Of a stretch of DNA of 64,000 nucleotides, positions 46,993 to 58,491 are shown piece after piece. The position numbers and the translations under genes were made by a program. The number at the start of each line of letters is the position of its first letter. Positions within the stretch are counted from its first letter, which is position 1. The notes beneath the pieces were generated by a model that worked only from the letters and a program-made list of their open reading frames with translations, had not been told where the DNA came from and made no database searches. The stretch is taken from NCBI GenBank assembly GCA_964016885.1, contig OZ024744.1, forward strand, positions 60,450,001 to 60,514,000. The letters run 5' to 3'. The stretch is from Eledone cirrhosa. Lineage: Eukaryota.

Positions 46993-47719
46993 AAAAAGTG
47001 AATGTGGTTTTTGAGAAAGTTTTATATTAAATATATTTAGGGTACTGGAATCTGGTGGTTGCTCCCAAATACTGTTAGATGTTCATTATCCAAACTAGCA
47101 GTATTTTCTTCAGACTAATGATCTTATCATAAACAAAGAAAGCCATACTGAACATAACTAAGTAAAAAAGTATGTTACAGAATGGACTTTTATTTATTCG
47201 ACAAATTTCAATTCGGTTATATAATGTTTGCTTTTTGTTACAGAATTGTTTATGAATTTTACCAATGTTGTACTCTTGGGCATCAGGCTGGTGCTTATCC
47301 CTTGTTTCATTTTTTTATTAGTGTTAAGCGACTTAGAGTACAAGACTCCTCCCTGGACAAGACCCAAGTCTGATCATAAGTCCAACACTTTAACCACTAG
47401 ACTACTCGCTTTCACTTACAAAGTAATGATTAATTAAATATTCACTGAACCTTAAGATTTGTTTTGGATAATTAATGCTCTGATAGTTAGAGTTCAGATA
47501 ACCAAGGTTTGATTACTTTATAGACCAGTATCGGGGCCTTCAAGAGAAATTTTGCAAGGCAAAATAAAACTGCTTTTGGGAGTTCTGGTAGGGAAAAAGC
47601 TCCTCTCAAAGGAAGCTGAGAGCTTTTTTTGAGGAGGAGAGGCATCAGATATTTATGGGTCTCACCAGACACCATATCTTGTACGACCTGAACTTCTGGA
47701 ACAACTCAACTACTAATCT

Positions 47720-47974
47720 ATCAAATTAATGAAGCTACATAGGTACATATTAAGTGGTCTGGTAGATTAAATTAATGCACCCTATTAGTATATTTAAAAG
47801 TACAAATTAAGTTATCTGGCAGATCAAATTATTACACATTCCCTTAGTATACTTAAAAGTACAGATTAAGTGGTCTGGTAGATCAAATTGATATATACTC
47901 CATTAGTATACTTAAAAGTACAGATTAAGTGATATGGTAGATCAAATTGATGCACACTGCATAAGAATACTTAA
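47720..47974 (+). repeat. ~59-bp minisatellite, about 4 copies
   Basis: ATTAAGT..GGTAGATCAAATT recurs at 47749, 47806, 47865, 47924. Confidence 0.85.
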
Positions 47975-48184
47975 CCCTTTAACATTTAAACTGGCCATAT
48001 CTGGCCAGAATTCTCTCGCCCCTTTCTGTTCAAACCGGTCGTAACTGGCCACTTATACTAACGTTAACGTATTGTTCTCGGAATAAATATCAAAATCTCA
48101 TAGAGTAGATTCGATATTATGTGAGATAAAGCCTTTTCTGTGAAAATACAGTAGTAAATATAGAGTAATGTTAATGCTAAAGGG
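47975..48184. mobile_element. piggyBac-type MITE, second copy
   Basis: TTAA|CCCTTTAACATT...AATGCTAAAGGG|TTAA. Confidence 0.9.
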
Positions 48185-49489
48185 TTAAAACACTGGGAAA
48201 AGAAAGACTCTGTCAAAATATTGTCCCGGTATATATATTTATATTTTTTATTGATTGGTCAGGAAAGTGAAAGCATGTATCTTATTAGTTGGGGCTATTG
48301 AGCTCATGATCATAAGGTTGTAGGTTTGATTGCCATACTGGGGCTTATCTCTGTGATGGACTAACACCTCATGAAACCATGATAATCTCTTGCTTTCATC
48401 CAACCTATGCAAGCATGGAAAAACGTGTAAAAATGAAAACAACAATCATGATGTCCTGTTCATTCTGCCTTTAATGAAAGGAAAAACATGTGCAAAGCAT
48501 AACCTGTTTATCACAAATGTTGTTTTCTGCCTGCCCCACTTCAATAGGATGTTCTGAATATACCTCCCATTCTAAGAACTAGCAAGATAGACAGGATGTT
48601 AGGACCATATGTAGTGACACCAACTGGCACAAACTCACCATGTCCACTGCTCAACTGATCACAATCATCTTCTGTTACGTGCTAAACTGACCTCAGTCAT
48701 ATCCTGTCCACTACTCAACTCTCCACAGACACATTATGTCCATTGCTCAACTGACCAGTCACACTATGTAACATCCTCAAGTAAAAACAAAAGCTAACCA
48801 GGATATTGACTGTCTCCAGTCTGTCAAATGTGAAATAGAATCTGTGAGTACATGGAGAGAAAATTTAAGTTACAACCTCTCTTCTACTAGGGGTAAGGTA
48901 AACTGATCGATGGACTAAGAGTCTACCACCCAAGTAGGCCAGTAGGGAGGGTTTAACTGGGCAACAGATTGACTTTACCATCCAAGTAGATCAGCAGGAT
49001 TTGATCTGTTAACACAAAGGAGGCAGAACAAACACCACAATGCATATCATCCAATGCTCTATCAAAACGCCAGTCCTTTGTCCTGTATTTATACTTTATT
49101 TTATCAACCCTGAAAAAATGAAAAGCAAAGTTCAATGAAGTTCACCTCCTCCCTTTGTGAAAGACTGTGAAGCTTTCAGAGACCTTATTTTACTTAATGT
49201 CACTTCAATGTCTTGGCTCTAAAGTACACAGGCCTCCAGAACAATTGGTATGTTGAGAATACAGATTGGCCCTCCTCTATCATTTTCTCAGAAACCACCT
49301 GAATTATAGCTTCCTAAGTCATGAAGAATGTTCTCATGATGATATGGACTGTTCAGCCATGTCTCAATAGATAACCAACTGTTACAGTTCATAAATAGAG
49401 GTGATCCAATCATATGCAGATAAAATAACTCAACATTCATTTTTGATGATTACCAGCAGGAGCAGACTGGGTCTTAAAACCAGTTTGGG

Positions 49490-49985
49490 TAATGCTGAGG
49501 GCCAGAGGTGTGTTTTTTAACAGCTCAGCTAAGGTGATATGATTAACAGATTGCTAACTGCTGAGAGCCAGAGATGTGTTTTCACTGCTGAGCAAAGGTG
49601 ACACTGACTAACAGATTGCTAACTCCTGAGGACCAGAGGTGTGGTTTCACTGCTCATCTAAGGTGACATTGACTAACACACTGCTAACTCCTGGGGGCCA
49701 TAGATGTATTTTCACTGCTTAGCTGTGACACTAACAAATTGCTGAGGCCTAGAGGTGTGATTTCAGTGCACAGCTAAGGTGACAGTAACTAACAGACTTC
49801 TAATTGTTGAGGGTCAGTGACATATTTTTACTTCTCATCTCAAGGGACACTGACTAATAGACGGCTGAGGGCCAGAGGTGTACTTTTACTGCTCAGCTAT
49901 GATGACACTGATTGCTGAGGGCCAAAGGTGTTTTGTTTTCTGCTAAGCTAAAGCAACACTGACTAACAGACTGCTGAGAGCCACC
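49490..49985 (+). repeat. ~65-bp minisatellite, about 8 copies
   Basis: CTGAGGGCCAGAGGTGT-like start at 49496, 49561, 49626, 49691, 49742, 49807, 49865, 49915. Confidence 0.9.
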
Positions 49986-50655
49986 TTGTATGACAGAAAA
50001 TATTTTAGTTCATTAACCAATTGATTAATTATTATTATTCCATTTTTGTATTTGTTTTGAAAGATTCTTGATGTGAAACTATATGTTGAAACAGATATAT
50101 TTTGAGAGGGTCATAATTGCTAATAAAACACACACACACACACCAGTTGTCGTTTTTTTTTACTTTAGTTTTATTAATAATCAATTAGAAAATTAGTTCA
50201 TTAATTAATCAATTGATTAATTGGTTCATCAAAGTTCTTATGTCACAGCCTGTGACCTTATCAAAAACTGTGTACATTTGTGCACCTCCACCTTATCAAG
50301 ATTTATGTTGTGCTCTCTGTATTTCTATGAAGATATTCCAGTAACCACGTAGGCATTAGGCACAAAACTACAAATTCCTTAGGTGGAAGAGGAGTCTACA
50401 GGACTATACATTCAAATAAATCAACTCTAATGTACATTACTGATAAATATTTTTTTCTTCTTGTAAGGATCAAAGTCCAAATCAACCAAACAGGATTTTA
50501 TCTCATAAACAAATATGACTAAATATATTGTCTGTCATTCAACAAATGGCAGACAAAATCCCTCCACCAATTTAGCATCAACATATCTCCCACCAGTCTT
50601 TGAGACCCCAAAAAGAGTCATATCTACTGCTATTCTCACCACAGGTAAACAGTGA

Positions 50656-50720
<65 letters not shown>

Positions 50721-50725
<5 letters not shown>

Positions 50726-51380
50726 GTAATCTGAGTTTTTCGAATATTAATAACATTCGATTCGTTTTCAATTATGCAAACAAGCCTCAATTTTATAGCT
50801 ATGTCAGTAGAATGAACCTTCATTCTGGCTCTTTTGTTGGCATGTGAACAGAACTGCAGACACTAATGTTTCTGGGCATCACCCTTCATCAGTACAACTC
50901 ACTGTTCACCTGCCAAACTCTCAGATCTAGTGAAAATATATGCTATTTTCAAAAATACACAGTGACTGATCGGCCTAATTTGTATGTCAGCAGACTGGCT
51001 GATCAGTCGGATCTGCATATTAGCAGATCCACTGATCAGCAGACTGGCCAGTCAGTTTCCTGTATACAAGCGATAAATGGCCAGCTTTGCCAAATACAAA
51101 TAAAAAGGAAAATTTCACTTTACATGGCTGAATACAATAAATGTAATCTGAGTTTTTAGAATTATGCAAACAAGCCTCAATTTTATAGTCATGTCAGTTT
51201 TATAGGCATGCGAACAGTTCTGTTCGCATGCCAACACAATGTGTTCATTCTACTGACATGGCTATAAAATTGAGGTTTGTTTGCATAATTGCAAACAAAT
51301 CGAATGTTATTATTAATATTCGAAAAACTCAGATTACATTTATTGTATTCAGCCATGTAGAGCGAAATTTTCTTTTATAT
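50721..51380. mobile_element. Hammerhead-bearing fold-back element (Penelope pLTR/retrozyme-like)
   Basis: ~100-bp inverted arms at 50721-50817 and 51243-51342 next to (TA)n; internal hammerhead. Confidence 0.8.
50837..50916 (-). ncRNA. Type I hammerhead ribozyme with intact core and GUC site
   Basis: GAGUUGUA-CUGAUGA-A-GGGU-GAU-GCCC-A-GAAA-CAUUAGUG-UC-UGCAGUUC; stem I extended by ~15 further bp. Confidence 0.85.
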
Positions 51381-51397
51381 ATGTCATTTTATATTTG

Positions 51398-53360
51398 TCA
51401 TTTTACGTCTGCTTTTCCCTGCTTGCAAGGATAGGACAGGTCCTATTCAGCACAGCATCTCTCCACTTGTCATATTCCTTCATCATCTTCTCCATGGGCT
51501 TCAGCGATCTGAGGTCTGCTCTTACCACCTCCGCCCATGTTTTTCATGGTCTTCCTCTATTGCGTCATCTACTGGGATTTTTTGGCTCTTTTTTGCCCAG
51601 CGGTCATCCTCCATACGCATCATATGTCCATACCATTACAGTTTTCTCTCCTGCACACTACAACTTATCCCTCTTAAACACAGTTTCTCTCTTAACTCAT
51701 CCATGCTTGGTCGTTCACGCACATTGACATTGCACATCCAATAGAGCATGCTTGCTTCATTTCTCTCCAGCCATTGCATATCTTCTGCAGTTGCTGCCCA
51801 TGTCTCACTACTATGCAGCATCGCACATCTCACACAGGCATCATATAACCAGCCTTTCGTACGCAGGGAGAAACCCTTTTTTGTCAACAGAGGAAGCAGC
51901 TCCGTAAACTTCTTCCAACCCATCCTTATTCTAGATACTATAGCTTCGGAACACCCGCCCCTTCCCTTGCTAATCTAATCACCTAGGTACCGGAAGCTAT
52001 CAACCACTTCTATAGAACCTACCTGTATTTGAAAAATGTGTCTATCACTGTGACTTCTACTGTCAAATTTCCCTGTACATCTACTGCATATGTAGTTTCC
52101 CTACTTGTTAGTTTGCCTGCTATCCAACTACATCTCTTGTGTACCGAAGATCTGCATTGTGTACATTTTATAGAATTTATGCCAGCTCCTTTTCTACTTA
52201 TCAACACTTTTGTCTTAACTAGGTTCATTCTCAGTCCTCTTGATTCCAACTGCTGTTTCCATAGCCAGAATTTATTCTCTAGCTCCTCTACTGATTCTGC
52301 TATAAGTACCAGATCGTCAGCATAGAGAAGTTCCCATGGACAGCCAATCTTAAACTCCTCTGTTATGGCTTGGAGGACTATAACGAACAAGAGCGGGCTG
52401 AGGACCGAACCCTGATGTACTCCTACTTGTATCTGGAACTCACCACTAAACTCCATTCCTACTCGCACTTTACTGACAGCACCTCTGTACATAGCTTGCA
52501 CTGTCCTCACAGGCCATTCCTCTACACCTAGTTTCCTTAGGGACCACCAGATGACAGATCGGGGTACCCTATCAAAGGCCTTCTCTAGGTCAATAAAAGC
52601 TAAGTATAGTGGCTTATTCTTCTCTAAGAACCTCTCACTAAGTTGTCTCACTAAATCGTCTTCCTTTTTGTCATACACATCTTGAAGGGCTATCCTAAAT
52701 TTATATTTTAGTGAAAGGTCTTTTAGCTTCCAGACCTTTCTTCTCCACACCTTCCTGTATGTCTCATTTTGTCTCTTGTTTATTGAGATATCACTAATGA
52801 CTAACCTATGCTGGGGGGTACATTCTTCCCCGGGGTATGCCTTAGTATTTGACACCATCTGTCTGTCTCCTTGCCTAACTAGCAAGAAATCAATCTGGCT
52901 TATGTGCTCGCCTGATTTGTAGGATATTAGGTGGTTGGTAGGTTTCTTGAAGTTAGTGTTGCAAATGGTTAGTGCACTTACATCACAAAATTCAAGAAGC
53001 CGCATTCCTTCTTTGTTTCTTGAGCCATAACCGTGCTCACCATGTACCCCAGTGTATCCATCCTGGAGCCATCCAACATGACCATTGAAGTCCCCTGCTA
53101 GTATAACGATGTCTCTGTCCTCTGTCATTGAGGCTGTTTGTAAAAGTTGCTCGTAAAAGCAGTCTTTCTCTTCTTTACCTAGGCCTGCCTGGGGAGCATA
53201 GGCAGAGATGATTGTCAGTAGTCTCTTCTCTACAACTTATCTAATCTCAATTATTCTATTACTGACTCTAACTACTTCTATTGCCTTATTGATCCATCTC
53301 TCAGCCAGGAAAATGCCTACCCTGCCTAACCCACCATCATTACCTACCCAGAAAAGCTTA
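51398..53360 (-). mobile_element. RTE LINE (short-3'UTR family) with large in-frame internal deletion
   Basis: ORF 52019-53128 joins the post-APE linker (YDKKEDD) directly to RT (LVRQLSERFL..YADD). Confidence 0.92.
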
Positions 53361-53403
53361 ACTAACTAAGATATTTGCCTAAGATATATATGTGTGTGTG
53401 TGT

Positions 53404-53745
53404 ATCATCATCATCACTGTTTTATGTCAATTCTTCCATGCTACCATGGGTTAGATGGGTTATCCTGTTGTGGGCAATGCCAGGTCAGATGACCATGTCT
53501 TCCCCATATGGAAACTGATTTTGGCTTGATTTCTACAGCTGGATGCCCTTCCTAACACCAACCTCATTTACAGTGAGTACTGGGTGCTTTTTTTACCGTG
53601 GTGCATACACGACCACTTTACAGTGTGAACTGGGTGCTTTTTTGTCGTGACACCTACATATCCACTTTATAGTCGGAGGGTGTTGGGACATACTGCCTAT
53701 ATGCTTCAGCTTCGGCTTCTACTGGTGGGAAGTCTGGTCTTCTGT
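53404..53745 (-). mobile_element. RTE 3' UTR only; abuts the tail of the intact copy
   Basis: CAGCTGGATGCCCTTCCTAACACC motif; (CAT)n at ~53405-53415. Confidence 0.85.
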
Positions 53746-54098
53746 ATCATCATCATCATCATCAACGTTTAACGTCCGTGTTCCACGCTTGCATGGGTTT
53801 GGACGGGGGTAGTCCCACTTGAGGCAAGAGTGATTGTCTTGCTCGCATAGGACTGTCTGGCAGGTTTTCTACAGCTGGATGCCCTTCCTAACACCAACCA
53901 CATTTACAGTGTGGGTCTGGGAGGTTTTTACCGTGTTGCCTACACGGCCACATTACAGCGTGGACTGTGTGTTTTTTTGTCGTGACACCTACACGATCTC
54001 ATTTGTTTCGGCCTGGATGGCACGGCACCAACATAACTTTACATAGAACGGGGTGGTGTGGATGGGGTGGGGGTGGTGGCGGGACGGGGTGTATTTTG

Positions 54099-57086
54099 TT
54101 AGAGATGCCTACTGGCAAGGCGGGTCTTCTCTGTTACTGAGTACCGCCAAAGGTCTCGGTCCAGTGACATTGTCTTGGAGAGGTGTAAGTGTGTGAGGTC
54201 GGAGTTTATCAGCTCGTCCCAGGTTTTTCTAGGTCTGCCTATTCCGTGGCTACCGTCTATCTTTATTGCCCTGCACTTTGTTATACAGCTATCGACTTTC
54301 ATGCGCATCACGTGTCCATACCAACGTAGCCTTCTCTCGAGTAAACAACATCTGATCCCTCTTATCTCTAATTTTTTCCTTAGTTCGTTTATGCTTTGCC
54401 GTTCACGTATATTACTGTTACACATCCAGCGGAGCATGCAAGCTTCGTTCCTCTCTAGTCTGCGTATATCCTCTGCACACAATGCCCAGGTCTCACTGCC
54501 ATGCAGCATTGCTGTTCGTATGCAGGCATCGTACAACCTGCCTTTCATTTTTAGGGAGAACCCTTTAGCAACTAATAGTGGTATAAGCTCTCTGAACTTT
54601 TTCCAACCAGTTCTGACTCTAGCTACAGTACTTTCAGAGCACCCTCCCCCACTGCTGATTTTATCGCCCAGGTAACGGAAGCTGTCCACTATTTCTATAG
54701 AACCCTCTGCGCAATTGAAAGAGCTAGTATTTTGTGGGCACTTGCTGCTACTTATTGCACCAGAACACCGGCCACATATAAAATGTATGTTCTTAGTTAG
54801 CTTACCTGTGATCCCACTACATCTTTTATGCACCCATACTTTGCATTTAGGACATAAAATGGAGTTTCTACCTACGCCTTTCCTACACACCGAGCACGAC
54901 CATTTCCCAGAAGGGACCGCCGCCTTGTTTTCTTTCCTACAAACTAGAACTTTGGTCTTAGCCAGGTTAATTTTAAGTCCTTTTGACTCTAGGCCGTGCT
55001 TCCATGTTTGGAATTTCTTCTCTAGCTCGGCCATTGATTCCGCTATGAGTGCCAGGTCGTCTGCGTATAGGAGTTCCCATGGGCAGCCTGTCTTGAACTC
55101 CTCTGTTATAGCCTGAAGGGCAATAATAAATAGTAGGGGGCTGAGAACAGAGCCCTGATGGACGCCAACTTTTACGCTAAACTCTTCACTATATTCGTTG
55201 TTAATTCTAACCTTGCTGACTGTTTCTTTATACATGGCTTGTATAGCCCTCACAAGCCATTCGTCAACGCCTAGTTTTCTAAGAGCCCACCAGATAATGG
55301 AGCGGGGGACTCTGTCGAAGGCTTTCTCCAGGTCGACAAAAGCTAAGTAGAGGGGTTTACCTTTAGCTAGGTACTTCTCCTGTAGTTGTCGTACTATGAA
55401 AAGAGCGTCTGTGGTGCTTTTGCCTGACACAAACCCGAACTGCATTTCATCTAGGTCAATTCTCTCTCTGATTAGTTGCGCTATTACTTTTTCCGTGACC
55501 TTCATGACCTGGTCGATTAATTTAATGCCTCTATAGTTACTCCTATCTAGGGCGTCTCCTTTACCCTTATAACAGTTAACGATGATGCTGCTATGCCAGT
55601 CCTTCGGAACAACCCCATTCTGTACGACTTGGTTAACTATGCGGGTGACCATGGTGTGTCCCACCGTGCCAGATGCCTTCAGCATCTCAGCAACTATTTC
55701 CGAAGGCCCAGCCGCCTTACCCGTCTTCATATCCTTGATTGCCTTACTTATTATACTCCCCTCGAGTAACACTGCTGGTCCCTCTATTGGGTCGATATGG
55801 GGGAGACTGTCTTTCTCCCATTTATTCTCCTCATTTAGTAGCCTTTCATAGTGACACTTCCAAGCTACCTTCTTATCAGTGTCGGTGATGGCAAGTATGC
55901 CATCATCGTTAAGTACACACTTCTCCCCGACAATATCACGGTTTTCCTTGACGCATTGCCTAGCAATCCTGAACACCTCACGTTTTTGGTCATCGCGTTG
56001 TAGAACATGCTTGAACTTTCTTTCCTCAGCTTCCCTTCTTGCTAAGTACACTTCTCTCCTAGCTTCCCTCCTGGCCACTTGATAGTCTACTCTACTTCCC
56101 CCATCCCGCCATACTTTCCAAGCCTGCTTTTTGGCCTTAATTGACCCCTCCACCTTACTGTTCCACCACCATGTTACTCTCCTCCTGCCTACAGGCCTGC
56201 TCCAGCCACAGACTTCGTCTGTCGCCAACAGCAGGTTTGCTTTCAGAAATTCCCACTGTCCCTCTATATTGTCCGACTCTAGATGCTCTTCCTTACTGTC
56301 GAAAGCATCAAGTAATATGCTTTGAAATTTATTTCTGGCTGTGGGGTCCTTTAGCTTCCATATTTTCCTCCTGAGGATAGTCCTCTTCTGCTGTCGAGTA
56401 CGTCTCGTCCTGACTATGAGGTCGCTAATTATCAGTCTATGTTGGGAGGTGCATTCTTCATGGGGGAGGGATTTAGTGTTTACAACAGACACTCTGTCAC
56501 GTCTTCTGGTAAGGATATAATCTACCTGGCTTGTATGTTCCCCGGATCTATAGGTGATCAGGTGATTGTCACGTTTTTTGAAGTTAGTGTTACAGATAGT
56601 TAGGTTATTTGCATCACAGAATTCCAGGATTCTGGAGCCTTCCTCATTTCTAGTACCAAACCCATAGCCTCCATGGATTTCGTCGTAGCCGTCACAATGT
56701 TGTCCAACGTGACCATTTAGGTCGCCTGCAATAATTATATAGTCACTGTCAGATATTTGGGAGGTAGTTAGCAACAGTGTCTCATAGAATCTGTCTTTTA
56801 TAGTGCCGGGCAGTCCGGATTGGGGTGCGTACGCAGATATTACTGTCACCGTAGTTCTATTGAGGACAAGTCGTATTTTAATTATTCTGTCGTTCACTCT
56901 ATTTACGTCTATTATCTTATCTGCCCACTTTTCTGCTACCATGATTCCTACTCCACCCAGCCCATCGTCGTTTCCCACCCAGAAAAGCTTATAACATCGT
57001 TTTTTACCCTCAATGAATCTAGCAGACCCACCCCTCCACCTGGTCTCTTGAATACAACAAACATCGACCTCCTTACGTTCAAGCAT
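54099..57086 (-). CDS. RTE ORF2: AP endonuclease plus reverse transcriptase with inserted PHD-type finger
   Basis: IQETRW, SAYAPQ, GDLNGHVG, VDYIL, SQHRLI; NYRGIKL, DLEKAFD, QGSVLSP, YADD, FRYLG; frame stays open upstream to ~57194 (FRVGTINVGTL). Confidence 0.95.
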   Translation of the reverse strand: MLERKEVDVCCIQETRWRGGSARFIEGKKRCYKLFWVGNDDGLGGVGIMVAEKWADKIIDVNRVNDRIIKIRLVLNRTTVTVISAYAPQSGLPGTIKDRFYETLLLTTSQISDSDYIIIAGDLNGHVGQHCDGYDEIHGGYGFGTRNEEGSRILEFCDANNLTICNTNFKKRDNHLITYRSGEHTSQVDYILTRRRDRVSVVNTKSLPHEECTSQHRLIISDLIVRTRRTRQQKRTILRRKIWKLKDPTARNKFQSILLDAFDSKEEHLESDNIEGQWEFLKANLLLATDEVCGWSRPVGRRRVTWWWNSKVEGSIKAKKQAWKVWRDGGSRVDYQVARREARREVYLARREAEERKFKHVLQRDDQKREVFRIARQCVKENRDIVGEKCVLNDDGILAITDTDKKVAWKCHYERLLNEENKWEKDSLPHIDPIEGPAVLLEGSIISKAIKDMKTGKAAGPSEIVAEMLKASGTVGHTMVTRIVNQVVQNGVVPKDWHSSIIVNCYKGKGDALDRSNYRGIKLIDQVMKVTEKVIAQLIRERIDLDEMQFGFVSGKSTTDALFIVRQLQEKYLAKGKPLYLAFVDLEKAFDRVPRSIIWWALRKLGVDEWLVRAIQAMYKETVSKVRINNEYSEEFSVKVGVHQGSVLSPLLFIIALQAITEEFKTGCPWELLYADDLALIAESMAELEKKFQTWKHGLESKGLKINLAKTKVLVCRKENKAAVPSGKWSCSVCRKGVGRNSILCPKCKVWVHKRCSGITGKLTKNIHFICGRCSGAISSSKCPQNTSSFNCAEGSIEIVDSFRYLGDKISSGGGCSESTVARVRTGWKKFRELIPLLVAKGFSLKMKGRLYDACIRTAMLHGSETWALCAEDIRRLERNEACMLRWMCNSNIRERQSINELRKKLEIRGIRCCLLERRLRWYGHVMRMKVDSCITKCRAIKIDGSHGIGRPRKTWDELINSDLTHLHLSKTMSLDRDLWRYSVTEKTRLASRHL

Positions 57087-57127
57087 TTCTACAACCTCGT
57101 TAGCGCGACCCTTTAGGGTGCCTACAT

Positions 57128-57271
57128 TTATGGTACCAACTCTGAAGTTTTGGATTGCGTTTGGAGGGTGGGGGCGGGGGGAGATAGGGTTATGTTAGCC
57201 ATCCGCGGACGAAACAAAGAGGAGTGCTCGCATTCTCGTCCACGAGGTGAATTTGACTTTAACTTTGGCAT
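57128..57271 (-). CDS. Candidate short RTE ORF1 (47 aa) overlapping the ORF2 frame
   Basis: ATG at 57271 to TAA at 57128 overlaps the ATG-less start of the APE domain. Confidence 0.45.
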   Translation of the reverse strand: MPKLKSNSPRGRECEHSSLFRPRMANITLSPPAPTLQTQSKTSELVP

Positions 57272-57561
57272 TTTCGCTCTGAGCGTCCAGATTTTTCTCT
57301 CCCTTCCACTCTCCAGGATTCTGCAGTCCGTCCATCCATCCATCCATCCATCATATATCGAAGGCAACCGGGCAAGCGATAGTATAGGTCTCTGGCTTAT
57401 GATTGGTCCGCGTAATAATAATAATGGTGATGCGTGGGGGGGGGGGGGCTCTGGCTTATAATAATAATGGTGATGCGTGGGGGGGGGGCTCTGGCTTATG
57501 ATTGGTCCACGTATTAAGAATGGTGGTGTGTGGGGGCGGGTGGGAGGGGTGTGGGGTAGCT

Positions 57562-57846
57562 AGCTGGAAGGTTATGAATGTTTAACAAGCGATTAACAAA
57601 AAGCAAAACTGCAAGATTTGTTCTGTTCAATACGACAAAAACACCGTATTTAAACCTTAAATAAATAACAAAAAATATACAGATTTCGGATTTTGCGAGA
57701 TTGGATGTTTGGACTATGTACGAAATTGAGCGTGGAGTAGATAGAGAAAAATGTGTACGTTACGATTACATGGGTACACCGTAGTAGGGGTAGTTGAAGC
57801 AGCGATTGATTAGCGAAAGTGAATAAACATGAAGGAGAACTTATCT

Positions 57847-57877
<31 letters not shown>

Positions 57878-58491
57878 AGCTAAGAGAGAGAGAGAGAGAG
57901 GAAGGGGAAGAGAGAGAGAGGGGAAAGGGAAGAGAGAGAGAGGGGAAGGGGGAGAGAGAGTGTGGCTGACCGCAGCCCCTCGTGGAGTAGATGGAGGGTG
58001 ATGGGTGTAGAGCGGATTTTTTGACTTTCGAAGTAGCATAATATATATATTTAAAGTAATTTATAAGAAGTAGAATGGGAAGGATTTTGTTTTTTGTTTG
58101 AGAATACGATAGAATTAAGGAATTGGAGGATACGATAGAATTAAGAATGGGAAGGATTTTGTTTTTTGTTTGGGAATACGATAGAATTAAGGAATTTAAG
58201 GAATTGGAGAATACGATAGAATTAAGGAATTGAGGAGCTGGAAGGTTATGAATGTTTAACAAGCGATTAACAAAAAGCAAAACTGCAAGATTTGTTCTGT
58301 TCAATACGACAAAAACACCGTATTTAAACCTTAAATAAATAACAAAAAATATACAGATTTCGGATTTTGCGAGATTGGATGTTTGGACTATGTACGAAAT
58401 TGAGCGTGGAGTAGATAGAGAAAAATGTGTACGTTACGATTACATGGGTACACCGTAGTAGGAATAATTGAAGCAGCGATTGATTGGCGAA
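57562..58491. repeat. 256-bp near-identical direct repeat (57562-57817 / 58236-58491) upstream of the intact RTE
   Basis: First ~225 bp identical by eye; spacer has (TA), (GA) and GAATACGATAGAATTAAGGAATT repeats. Confidence 0.9.

Larger units (their letters stand above)
53746..57560 (-). mobile_element. Near full-length, apparently young RTE LINE; 5' end may extend to ~58517
   Basis: Uninterrupted 995-aa ORF, 3' UTR, (CAT)n tail at 53746-53763; no TSD found. Confidence 0.95.

Noticed and set aside
54175-56994. Antisense ORFs over RTE copies
   Set aside because: Shadow frames of the LINE ORF with no independent motifs
57190-57260. HDV-like ribozyme in the RTE 5' UTR (CCUCGU and GCUAA present)
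   Set aside because: Could not find P1 or P2 pairing; a simple hairpin explains it
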